From a virus (lineage: Duplodnaviria; Caudoviricetes): 28,285 nt of DNA. The notes beneath the pieces are model-generated. The model worked only from the letters and a program-made list of their open reading frames with translations. It made no database searches and had not been told where the DNA came from. Location: the IMG/VR virus record IMGVR_UViG_3300020045_007939, positions 1 through 28,285 of that record; one strand, 5' to 3'. The position numbers and the translations under genes were made by a program. This document shows positions 8,740 through 16,164 of the stretch, piece after piece (the stretch's first letter is position 1; every line of letters begins with the position of its first letter).

Positions 8740-9467
8740 ACGCAGCGCAAATCATTGAAAACCAGCCGGTGCCAGCATTGACGGCAAGTGGCGAATTGAC
8801 CGCGGTTCCGGCGCGCGTGGCGAATGATAACGGATACTGGCCTGCGGTAGGTCTTGTACGCGACCCGCTTGGTTTTGAGGTTGTCGGGTTGCCGCGCGTC
8901 TATCCCTGCCTTGCGCGTGGCGCGCCTGGCGATACGCGTCCGTTAACCAACATGCCGCCCGTCATCGCTGTAACCGGGCCGGCTGGCAGCGGCAAGTCAA
9001 CTGTGTCGGATTACCTGGCGACGCGGTACGGCTACACCAAGACGAAGTTCGCCGAGCCGTTGAAAAGCATGATGCGCGCGCTGGGTTTGACGGACGCGCA
9101 AATAGAGGGGGATTTCAAAGAGACGCCAGCGCCACAGCTTGGGATGAAAACCCCGCGCTACGCTATGCAGACGCTTGGCACCGAATGGGGCCGCAAATGC
9201 ATGGGGGAAGACTTTTGGCTTGACCTTTGGGCTATCAACGCCAGCATGTTCAATCGCGTAATCGTTGATGACTGCCGCTTTCCAAATGAAGCCGCCGCAG
9301 TGCGCCGCATGGGCGGTCGCGTTATCAGGTTGGACGGTAGGGGCGGAATTGCCGGAAGTCACGTCAGCGAGGCTGGCTGCGGCATTGCCGACGAAGTTAT
9401 TTGCAATGATGGGTCTGTTGCCGACCTGCATACGCGGGTGCGGCAGGTTTTGGAGGGCTGGGCGTGA
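8736..9467 (+). CDS. Deoxynucleoside monophosphate kinase
   Basis: P-loop GPAGSGKST, FAEPLK, TPRYAMQTLGTEWGR, DDCRFPNE. Confidence 0.9.
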   Translation: MNAAQIIENQPVPALTASGELTAVPARVANDNGYWPAVGLVRDPLGFEVVGLPRVYPCLARGAPGDTRPLTNMPPVIAVTGPAGSGKSTVSDYLATRYGYTKTKFAEPLKSMMRALGLTDAQIEGDFKETPAPQLGMKTPRYAMQTLGTEWGRKCMGEDFWLDLWAINASMFNRVIVDDCRFPNEAAAVRRMGGRVIRLDGRGGIAGSHVSEAGCGIADEVICNDGSVADLHTRVRQVLEGWA

Positions 9468-9679
9468 TTGAGGTAGCAGAAGCCTACGAAATAGCGGCGA
9501 AGTGGCACGACAAATGTGCAGTTGGTTGTCGCGAAATCTCGCTAGATGACCCGCGAATAGCCGTGCAGATGCGCAACCAAGCAGCAGACGCCGCCAAGCA
9601 CCATCTGGCTAGCGCCGCCGGCCTACGTCTTGCCGCCATCAACATCCGTCGCCGAGACATGGAAAGTCCCAAAACATGA
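9464..9679 (+). CDS. Hypothetical protein
   Basis: GTGA overlap, GGAGG RBS. Confidence 0.65.
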   Translation: MIEVAEAYEIAAKWHDKCAVGCREISLDDPRIAVQMRNQAADAAKHHLASAAGLRLAAINIRRRDMESPKT

Positions 9680-9918
9680 CCCTAGTTAGGCAAGTGGTCC
9701 GTGGGTGCGGAAACCTACCGCACGTCGGCAGTCACCCTGGCACAGTTTGGTTTGCGGCGCTTGTTGGCGTCGCATGTCTGCAGGGTCTAAATCACGGAAT
9801 GGCCGGCGCCGCACTTGCTGGAGGGATGATGTTTGTCGCAATGGGTGCCATCTACTTCAGCGGCGCATACAGCCGTGCATGCCTTAGTGACCGGCTATCC
9901 GCGAAGGTGAAAACATGA
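9676..9918 (+). CDS. Hypothetical membrane protein
   Basis: ATGA overlaps both ends; two hydrophobic segments. Confidence 0.65.
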   Translation: MTLVRQVVRGCGNLPHVGSHPGTVWFAALVGVACLQGLNHGMAGAALAGGMMFVAMGAIYFSGAYSRACLSDRLSAKVKT

Positions 9919-10262
9919 CCCTAACGCCAGCCAACGACAACAATGCGGCCGTCATTCTTGACGGCCTTTTGACTCCGGAAGCAATCGCCGATCGCATATC
10001 GACGGCGTGCGGCAAGCAGGTTTCGGCGCGTGCCATTTGGGAAAAGGCGCGCCGGCTTGGCGTGTCGAGAAAGATAGGGCGCGTGATGCTCATATCAGTC
10101 AACGACATTCCCAATCTCCTAAAGGAGGAAAACAAAAAATGGCACTCTACAAGCGTGGGAAAATCTACCACTTCAGCGTCAGTCGGCCCGACGGACTCCA
10201 CCGCGAAAGTACAAAGCTTACTTCGAAAAAAGAAGCGCTCGAATATGCGGAAATCCGCATAG
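9915..10262 (+). CDS. Putative excisionase / recombination directionality factor
   Basis: wHTH-like LLTPEAIA...RKIGRVMLIS; basic tail overlaps integrase start. Confidence 0.6.
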   Translation: MTLTPANDNNAAVILDGLLTPEAIADRISTACGKQVSARAIWEKARRLGVSRKIGRVMLISVNDIPNLLKEENKKWHSTSVGKSTTSASVGPTDSTAKVQSLLRKKKRSNMRKSA

Positions 10263-11245
10263 CCCAAATCAAGCTTGCCGACCAACGCGGCTACGATGCC
10301 GATAAGACGGTTAGCGATGCCGCGCTTGCGTATCTGTCCGCTGGCAAGGATTCGCGGTTCGTCGGAAAGATTGTTGACGCGTGGGGAAAAAAGCCGCTGC
10401 GGACGCTCAAGCCGGAGTGGGTGCGCAAGCATGCGAAGGACATCTATCCGGACGCCGGCAATGCAACGCTAAACCGCCAGGTGATAACGCCGCTGCAGGC
10501 GATTATTAATTTCGCCTATCAGGACGAGGACGGCCGGCAAATCAAAATCAAGCGCTTTGAGGTGGACCCTAAGAAGAAAAGCGCCGTCGATGCGGCTTGG
10601 CACCAGAAGTTTGCAGAACACGCGCTGTCGCCCGGAATGGCGGCAATGGCGCGCTTTATGTTTGAGACGGCCGCCCGCATTAGCGAGGCTTGCCGGGTGC
10701 AGCCGGAAGACATCGACTTCGATGCGCGCACCGTCCAGTTAACCAAGACGAAGACAAAGCCGCGCCTGACCTATGTGTCACCGATTATGATTGAGATGAT
10801 GCGCGAGCTTATCGCCTCGGCGCCCAAGGCCAATCGCCAGGACAAGCGCAAGGTAAACGGCGTGTTTGGGTACGCCAGTCGGCACGCTGTCTATAACGGC
10901 TGGAAGACGGTATGCGATCGCGCCGGGATTTCTTACGCGCCGCCTCACTCGTCGGGCCGCGTTTCATTTGCGACTGAGCTTGTCGTGCGGCGTGGCATCG
11001 ACCCGGTTACGGCGGCCAAGTTAGGCGGCTGGGCAAGCCCTAAAGTGATGATGGACACCTATGCAAAAGCCGACGGGAGCCATAAAATCATTGATGACGT
11101 GTTCGGCGCGCAAGAAGCACAACAGAAAAGCGCCGTTGAAATCGTTGCACAAAATGCACCACAAACCACTTTGACCAATGGTCAAGCTGATTTACATAAT
11201 GATTTCAATAAGTTAGACGGAAAAAATCTCAAGGCCCGCCCTTAG
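10139..11245 (+). CDS. int: Tyrosine recombinase (phage integrase)
   Basis: GGAGG RBS before ATG 10139; arm-binding-like N-terminus; AARISE (R), TKT (K), HSSGR, LGGW, DTYA (Y). Confidence 0.92.
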   Translation: MALYKRGKIYHFSVSRPDGLHRESTKLTSKKEALEYAEIRIAQIKLADQRGYDADKTVSDAALAYLSAGKDSRFVGKIVDAWGKKPLRTLKPEWVRKHAKDIYPDAGNATLNRQVITPLQAIINFAYQDEDGRQIKIKRFEVDPKKKSAVDAAWHQKFAEHALSPGMAAMARFMFETAARISEACRVQPEDIDFDARTVQLTKTKTKPRLTYVSPIMIEMMRELIASAPKANRQDKRKVNGVFGYASRHAVYNGWKTVCDRAGISYAPPHSSGRVSFATELVVRRGIDPVTAAKLGGWASPKVMMDTYAKADGSHKIIDDVFGAQEAQQKSAVEIVAQNAPQTTLTNGQADLHNDFNKLDGKNLKARP

Positions 11246-11280
11246 CAGGGGAGCGCCTTCGACCACTCGGCCACCTCTCC
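11239..11280 (-). other. attP: attP core: 5' half of tRNA-Ser(GCT), not a complete tRNA
   Basis: Minus strand GGAGAGGTGGCCGAGTGGTCGAAGGCGCTCCCCTGCTAAGGG covers acceptor 5' strand, D arm and GCT anticodon loop, then diverges; overlaps int stop. Confidence 0.85.
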
Positions 11281-11291
11281 GTTGCGGCTCT

Positions 11292-11320
11292 GAATAGACG
11301 ATAAGCCCTTGCGCTGCAAG
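11292..11320 (-). promoter_or_regulatory. Sigma70-type promoter for the tRNA-Ser restored after integration
   Basis: CTTGCA-N17-CTATTC, 11 nt upstream of tRNA nucleotide 1. Confidence 0.6.
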
Positions 11321-11329
11321 GGCTTTTTT
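11303..11329 (+). terminator. Rho-independent terminator after int
   Basis: AAGCCCTTGC-GCT-GCAAGGGCTT then TTTT. Confidence 0.8.
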
Positions 11330-11549
11330 GTGTTTGTTCTACTTTTTATTCATATGGGCTTCGATACGCGAAAACACGTGAACAAACGGGAACTTACAGC
11401 ACAATACGCTCAAAAACTGCACAAATTATACACAATGGCGTTTTCGCTATGTTCGCCGGTTGTTCTTTTTGTATGGTGCAACTGAGTTAGCTGTCGGGGT
11501 GTCAATATGCTATATCGCGAAGCTTTTCGCGCATCTCTAATCCTCCCGG

Positions 11550-11789
11550 CTAACGCGGTGGATCGCCAACGACAATCTCAAAGTGCGGTGGGCTAGCCGT
11601 ACCCAAAAGTTCCGTCAAGCGGGGGTGCTGGACGCGGCCTTCGGCAATTAGGCCGTCGAGAATTGAGCGCCATGCGGCAATCTCCATCGCCGCAGTCATG
11701 AGTTCAACATCAACCCTCCTGCCTAGGTCCTTAATCGCCCAGTACTGCGCAGGCGTCACATATAGTTTACCGCAATCCGATTCACTCAT
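11550..11789 (-). CDS. Hypothetical protein
   Basis: MSESDCGK..., last gene of leftward operon; AAGGATGG upstream. Confidence 0.55.
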   Translation of the reverse strand: MSESDCGKLYVTPAQYWAIKDLGRRVDVELMTAAMEIAAWRSILDGLIAEGRVQHPRLTELLGTASPPHFEIVVGDPPR

Positions 11790-11805
11790 CAGCGCACCAT
11801 CCTTT

Positions 11806-12243
11806 CTAGTAAACACGCACGACCGCCGGAACGGCGATTGTCTTGATGGTCCTAGGGTCCACGCAGTTATACCACGGGCCACATTTCTTCGCGCACAGCA
11901 GGGCGTCGTCGTACCTGCGACCGCTTGGAGCATCGAACCGCTCGGCCCATCCTTCGCAACCCCACTGCCACCAGCCTCCGCCTTCCTTGCTGAAATAGAT
12001 GAACACGCGTTGGCCTTTGCTCTCTCCAGCCGCAACGACGCCAGTGATGACATATTTGTCAGGGTGTTTCCTATCTATCGCTCCCCTGATCTCTGGTTCA
12101 CTCGTTAGCCTGGCGTTCTCCTCCTCAAGCTCCTTGATTGCTGTGGCCGCGTCAATCATCACTGCAATGCTGTCGTTGTCGTCGCGGTCATATCGCGAAT
12201 ATCCATCGGTATGCCGTTCAAGCCTTTTAATGATGTCAGTCAT
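11806..12243 (-). CDS. Hypothetical phage early protein
   Basis: MTDIIKRL start overlapping upstream stop; coiled coil. Confidence 0.7.
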   Translation of the reverse strand: MTDIIKRLERHTDGYSRYDRDDNDSIAVMIDAATAIKELEEENARLTSEPEIRGAIDRKHPDKYVITGVVAAGESKGQRVFIYFSKEGGGWWQWGCEGWAERFDAPSGRRYDDALLCAKKCGPWYNCVDPRTIKTIAVPAVVRVY

Positions 12244-12652
12244 GCGCCGCCCCTTCGTCAATTATCTTTTGCTTCCTCAAATCAGGGTGCAGTTCATTCG
12301 CATCTGCGTTTGTACGGATAAATTCAATTGCCTCATCGCGTCCAAGCCCGTAACGCATGCGGACGGCGCGCAACCAGTCGTCACGCATGCGGCTATCAGC
12401 AAACGCGCGCTGCCGGTCAATTTCAGCCAACCTTGCCGATTTCTCGGCCTGCGTCATCTCCCGCACATATGAGACGCATGAACCTTCCCAATCGTATGCC
12501 CATATTTCGACTTCGGCGGACGCTCGATTTTCTTCCGGTATCTTTTCAAGCTCGGCCTGCAGGGCGGATATCAGACCTACCAGGCTGTGCACGTTGTTGC
12601 CAACAACATCGTCTTTGCCGATGACAACCTTTACAGTATCAACTGCGCTCAT
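12236..12652 (-). CDS. Hypothetical protein
   Basis: ATGA overlap at 12649-12652. Confidence 0.7.
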   Translation of the reverse strand: MSAVDTVKVVIGKDDVVGNNVHSLVGLISALQAELEKIPEENRASAEVEIWAYDWEGSCVSYVREMTQAEKSARLAEIDRQRAFADSRMRDDWLRAVRMRYGLGRDEAIEFIRTNADANELHPDLRKQKIIDEGAAHD

Positions 12653-12966
12653 GCCTTCACCTTCCTGATGATGTCGCGGGCGCGGCGGAGGTGGCGGATT
12701 CTCAAGCAAGATCTCCTGTCCCACACTGTATCGTCCCCGTCACCTGTATCTGGGTCATACGCATGAGCCTCTAACGAAAAAGGCTCTAGCGCTTCCACTG
12801 CCTCGGCAAGCTGCTGGCGTAGCGCGTCACGCTCGGCGGTGAGCGCGGCGATGGTGTCGGCGGCTTCTGTGGAAAGTTCCGCATCATATTTAGTTGTAAC
12901 CGTTTGACGCGTTACGGACTGTAACGCTAACACGCGCAGTTTAAGCCTTTTAAGGATATCAGTCAT
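12649..12966 (-). CDS. Hypothetical phage early protein (coiled coil)
   Basis: MTDILKRL...AADTIAALTAERDALR; ATGA overlap. Confidence 0.7.
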   Translation of the reverse strand: MTDILKRLKLRVLALQSVTRQTVTTKYDAELSTEAADTIAALTAERDALRQQLAEAVEALEPFSLEAHAYDPDTGDGDDTVWDRRSCLRIRHLRRARDIIRKVKA

Positions 12967-13145
12967 CCTTGCTTCTCCTGTCTTGCAGCACGCTGCGCGG
13001 CGCGGAAATCGCGCATGTACGCATCTGCCAATGAATACCCGTTGATGTCATGTAATGGGCGCTGTACAAGCCACGAGACAGATTGCGAAGGCTCTTTGTA
13101 CAGCATTTCCCGCACATCGATCTTGTAGTTCTCGTCAATCTCCAT
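12963..13145 (-). CDS. Hypothetical protein
   Basis: GGAGAGG RBS; overlaps neighbours. Confidence 0.6.
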   Translation of the reverse strand: MEIDENYKIDVREMLYKEPSQSVSWLVQRPLHDINGYSLADAYMRDFRAAQRAARQEKQG

Positions 13146-13278
13146 CGCGCCTCTCCTTCTCGGCCAAGTCCAGCCACGTCGGCAGTCTGGCGGTTAGTCT
13201 CGACTTGTGCGGCTCAGGGCAAACCCACCAGCAAAATTCAGATAGTCGCCTGAACAGCCACCAGCGGAAAGCGGTCAT
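13135..13278 (-). CDS. Hypothetical small protein
   Basis: AAGGAG RBS, ATGA overlap; 47 aa. Confidence 0.55.
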   Translation of the reverse strand: MTAFRWWLFRRLSEFCWWVCPEPHKSRLTARLPTWLDLAEKERRDGD

Positions 13279-13499
13279 GGTGTCTGCTCCTTTGCGATGC
13301 GGTAGGCGATGATGTCGCTGGGTTTTTGGATATGGTTCCATGTCCACCAGTCAGCGTCAGTCATTCCATCAATGGATTGGAAGCAGCGCGCTCTATATCC
13401 TTCCACGGTGCGTCCGGATGCACGCCGCACCTCAACCATCGTCTCCGGCTCAACAGGGCACGGACCACCATTCCATTCAATCCAGTCTGCATCGGTCAT
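13275..13499 (-). CDS. Conserved-type phage hypothetical protein
   Basis: WIEWNGGPCPV...VEVR...DIIAYRI pattern. Confidence 0.75.
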   Translation of the reverse strand: MTDADWIEWNGGPCPVEPETMVEVRRASGRTVEGYRARCFQSIDGMTDADWWTWNHIQKPSDIIAYRIAKEQTP

Positions 13500-13858
13500 G
13501 GTGTTGTCTCCAGAATAGCGCGGGCCTCTATCAGAGCCTGTTCAGCAACATAACTTCCGTGGTCAACTGGACCGTGACCGGAGAACATAGAATGGTTGTC
13601 CATGCTATCACCGCAGCAGCAAACGCCTTCGGTTACGGAGCAATGCTCGATGATAGCGCACATATGCTCCAGTGACGACCGTATGCGCCTACCATCGTCA
13701 GCGCACCGTTGGCGCTCGGCAAGGATGGCTGCTGAAATGAACGGCATAAGCCGTTCCGCAAGTTCCCCAGCTCCGCAATTGTGCCCACCGTCAACCCTGC
13801 GTATCTCTTGCGCTAGGCTATCTGCCAGCTTCATGATGTCCTCTGGAATGTCAGCCAT
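13496..13858 (-). CDS. Hypothetical protein, Cys/His cluster
   Basis: MADIPEDIM...AAILAERQRCA...GVCCCGD..H...H. Confidence 0.7.
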   Translation of the reverse strand: MADIPEDIMKLADSLAQEIRRVDGGHNCGAGELAERLMPFISAAILAERQRCADDGRRIRSSLEHMCAIIEHCSVTEGVCCCGDSMDNHSMFSGHGPVDHGSYVAEQALIEARAILETTP

Positions 13859-14099
13859 CTTCGTCATCCTGCTCATCTGTTGAAAACGTCCAGCTAGAAT
13901 GAGACACAACCTGGAATTCGTTATCGCATCTCGGGCATTCTACCGTGTGATTATCGTTGTCATTGTAAAGCCACCAAGCCTCATTCTCTGAAACGTCAAA
14001 GTCTTCGCCGCAGTGAGGGCACTTAGGGCTCTTGTTCCCCAAAAAGTCATAGCGGTCGCCACTTTTCAGTGCTGCCAGTTTTTCTCCTGGCATCACCAT
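13851..14099 (-). CDS. Zinc-ribbon protein
   Basis: CPHC...CPRC; GGAGG RBS. Confidence 0.75.
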   Translation of the reverse strand: MVMPGEKLAALKSGDRYDFLGNKSPKCPHCGEDFDVSENEAWWLYNDNDNHTVECPRCDNEFQVVSHSSWTFSTDEQDDEDG

Positions 14100-14284
14100 C
14101 CCCTATCCTCCCGCGCCTTGGTGGCCAACGCGCGAAGATTGGCACGTTGCGCACGACCGCGCGCATGGCCCTTCTGCGACTCCGCAACGTCAAGCAGTCG
14201 TTCGGCCGGAATGTTTTCGCGCAGCACCTGGCGGTAAGTAAGAACGTCGGGCTTCTGTGCGGTGGTCTGTGTAATGGTCTGCAT
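14093..14284 (-). CDS. Hypothetical protein
   Basis: AAGGAG RBS before ATG 14284. Confidence 0.65.
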   Translation of the reverse strand: MQTITQTTAQKPDVLTYRQVLRENIPAERLLDVAESQKGHARGRAQRANLRALATKAREDRGW

Positions 14285-14301
14285 GTTTGTCTCCTTGCGA
14301 A

Positions 14302-14451
14302 TTATTGAATGATGACGAGAAAGCCGGTGAACGCGGCAAGTAGGACAATCAAGCCGGCCGCAGCGGCTATGTCCTTCACCATTTCGGCAATGATTGTCTC
14401 GGCGCGGACTGGCGGGAATGGGGTAATCGTGTAGCGCGGGGCGGGCTTCAT
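14302..14451 (-). CDS. Small membrane protein (49 aa, not in ORF track)
   Basis: ATGA overlap; MKPAPRY...AAAAGLIVLLAAFTGFLVIIQ. Confidence 0.6.
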   Translation of the reverse strand: MKPAPRYTITPFPPVRAETIIAEMVKDIAAAAGLIVLLAAFTGFLVIIQ

Positions 14452-14798
14452 TCGTCACCGCCTTCCGCACCATCGCCAATCACGGCAACGCGCTCGTACA
14501 CCTCGAACGTGCCGCCAAACTTCGCAAGGCGTTCAGCCTCGCGGCGGGCGGCGCTAACGCTGCCATGTTCGAAAGGAATGCGGCGGGGCAAAACGCGACC
14601 GTGGTCGGCGCGCTTGAACACGAAATGCCCGGCGCCAATGCGCTCGCCTTCGCGGGCGGCGACATTGCGGGGCTTGGTGCGCTTCTTGGCGCGATAGTCG
14701 GGGCGGAAAAGCGGTTCTGCGTTGCAGGCGACAACGGCGGCCGGCACATGCTCGTCATCAATAATGATGGTCTGCGGTCTGATGTTCATTTTTTGCAT
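14448..14798 (-). CDS. Hypothetical protein, first gene of leftward operon
   Basis: GAAGGGGA RBS; PFEHGSVSAARREAERLA motif. Confidence 0.7.
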   Translation of the reverse strand: MQKMNIRPQTIIIDDEHVPAAVVACNAEPLFRPDYRAKKRTKPRNVAAREGERIGAGHFVFKRADHGRVLPRRIPFEHGSVSAARREAERLAKFGGTFEVYERVAVIGDGAEGGDE

Positions 14799-14838
14799 TC
14801 CCCTTCAAAATGGCGCAATGCGCCGGTTGATGGGGATA

Positions 14839-14891
14839 GCTATAAATGTTGGTACGTTGCGCGTCAACAATAAAGTGCGCAACATACCAAC
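14839..14891 (-). promoter_or_regulatory. PL-like promoter with two operator copies
   Basis: Minus strand TTGACG-N17-TATAGC; GTTGGTACGTTGCGC at 14848 and inverted GTTGGTATGTTGCGC at 14877-14891. Confidence 0.7.
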
Positions 14892-14900
14892 TATTTTAAA

Positions 14901-15602
14901 TCAAAGCTCGCCTTGGTATGACACGGCTACTCCGAGTATTTCAACGATGGTGTCTTCGTCGCCGTGATTTAGGGGTATCGATGTTTGTTCGGTCAATTCC
15001 CGGCTATCCGTCATAAGGCGGTCGCCGGCAAAAACCTTGACGCTATACTCATAGAAACCCGCACGCGTCCTGCGGCAGTCAACAAGTTTTCCTGGCTGCA
15101 GTTGCCACCCGTATGATTCTAACGGCACAAAAACAGCAAAGGCACCATCAGGGATGCGGTTACTGACACTGTTGCCGACCACCCGCCGCGCATATAGATT
15201 CTTGGGGCTATATCCGTTTATGGGTGCAATCAATATGTGTTCTAGCTCGGTGGAATCTCCAGACTGCTGCAATTCTCCCTCCAGCCACACGCCGCCGGCC
15301 GCCTGGCCATAAACAGGGATTGAATATGTAGGCAACTCGGCATCTGGTTGTAGTGTGGCCGGCGTCTTATTGACAACGAGCAAATCTAAACAAAGTAAAT
15401 GGGCGACGTTTGTGCGGAATGCTTGCGCATATTTCGCGGCATCTTCGGAATAGAATTCATTTTTCCCGTATTCGTGCGATTTATACGTGTCGTAATTTAT
15501 GTGCAGTGCATCAACGGCGGCCCGACGTGATTTAAATACGGCCTTTCGAGCGGCGAAAAGGCGCGCTGCTTTTTCCTGTTTAATATCAACTTTAATTTTC
15601 AT
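14901..15602 (-). CDS. CI/LexA-like repressor (HTH + S24 autopeptidase)
   Basis: N-terminal HTH; PVYGQAAGG cleavage region, VGNSV (Ser), YSVK (Lys); no clear RBS, possibly leaderless. Confidence 0.85.
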   Translation of the reverse strand: MKIKVDIKQEKAARLFAARKAVFKSRRAAVDALHINYDTYKSHEYGKNEFYSEDAAKYAQAFRTNVAHLLCLDLLVVNKTPATLQPDAELPTYSIPVYGQAAGGVWLEGELQQSGDSTELEHILIAPINGYSPKNLYARRVVGNSVSNRIPDGAFAVFVPLESYGWQLQPGKLVDCRRTRAGFYEYSVKVFAGDRLMTDSRELTEQTSIPLNHGDEDTIVEILGVAVSYQGEL

Positions 15603-15624
15603 GCCGCGCCCATAGCATAAAAAA

Positions 15625-15678
15625 TTGGTACGTTGCGCGCTTTTTTTATTTGACAAGTTGGTATGATACGCATACAAA
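15625..15678 (+). promoter_or_regulatory. PR-like promoter with two operator copies
   Basis: TTGGTACGTTGCGC (15625) and TTGGTATGATACGC (15658) flank TTGACA (15650); candidate -10 TACAAA at 17 nt. Confidence 0.65.
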
Positions 15679-15759
15679 CGTAATTGCAAGACGACGACAT
15701 ATTAAATAAGCAACCACTAAAACGGCAACATACTACAGCGCATTTGAAGGGACGAAAAA

Positions 15760-15843
15760 ATGAAAGACGAACGTAAGGCCCAGAGAAGAAGACGGAATAT
15801 GCAGCGGCCGCGTGGGCCGCCTAACCAAAGCCGCCCGGCATGA
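15760..15843 (+). CDS. Possible 27 aa arginine-rich leader peptide
   Basis: GAAGGGA RBS; MKDERKAQRRRRNMQRPRGPPNQSRPA. Confidence 0.3.
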   Translation: MKDERKAQRRRRNMQRPRGPPNQSRPA

Positions 15844-15895
15844 AAGGACCGGGCGGAACGTTCCGCAGACCTAGCTAGGGCTAGGTGTACGGAAC

Positions 15896-16138
15896 AGGCG
15901 ATGCGGCCACCCAAAACCCGAAACCCATTGGTGCCGCGCTGCGTCGTCTAACTTATTTTGCAGGGGTGGCCACTCGATGACCGAAATCCAGCGCCCTGGC
16001 GCCGCTCCTGCAAAAACTAATTTCCTGTTGTGCCATTGACAACGCGTAATCCAATGCACCACCGCGCAGCAGGAAACCACCATTGACCAGCCGGCCACGA
16101 CTGCCCCGTAACCCTTCGTGAAGCCGCTGGTTGATCAA
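15896..16138 (+). ncRNA. Stem-loop TIGR-like guide RNA array, cluster 1 (4 units)
   Basis: (G/T)GCCA at 15905, 15968, 16031, 16093 (period 62-63); each is followed by N9-CG(A/T)AAnCCn-N9-CG and enclosed in an 11-14 bp stem. Confidence 0.88.
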
Positions 16139-16164
16139 CCCCACAACGCACAAAGGAGAATAGC

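Noticed and set aside
11239-11280. Functional phage tRNA-Ser gene
   Set aside because: Match ends in the anticodon stem; no variable arm, T arm or 3' acceptor strand
14799-14836. Hairpin covering the RBS of the first leftward gene
   Set aside because: Part of the pairing arm lies at or upstream of the predicted transcription start, so it may not form in RNA
15370-15378. Exact match of unit 3 spacer A (TTGACAACG) inside the repressor gene
   Set aside because: Neither flank matches spacer B; isolated 9-mer matches are expected by chance in 28 kb
15896-16138. CRISPR array
   Set aside because: No identical 23-47 nt repeats; variable parts are paired 9-mers inside hairpins; no cas operon
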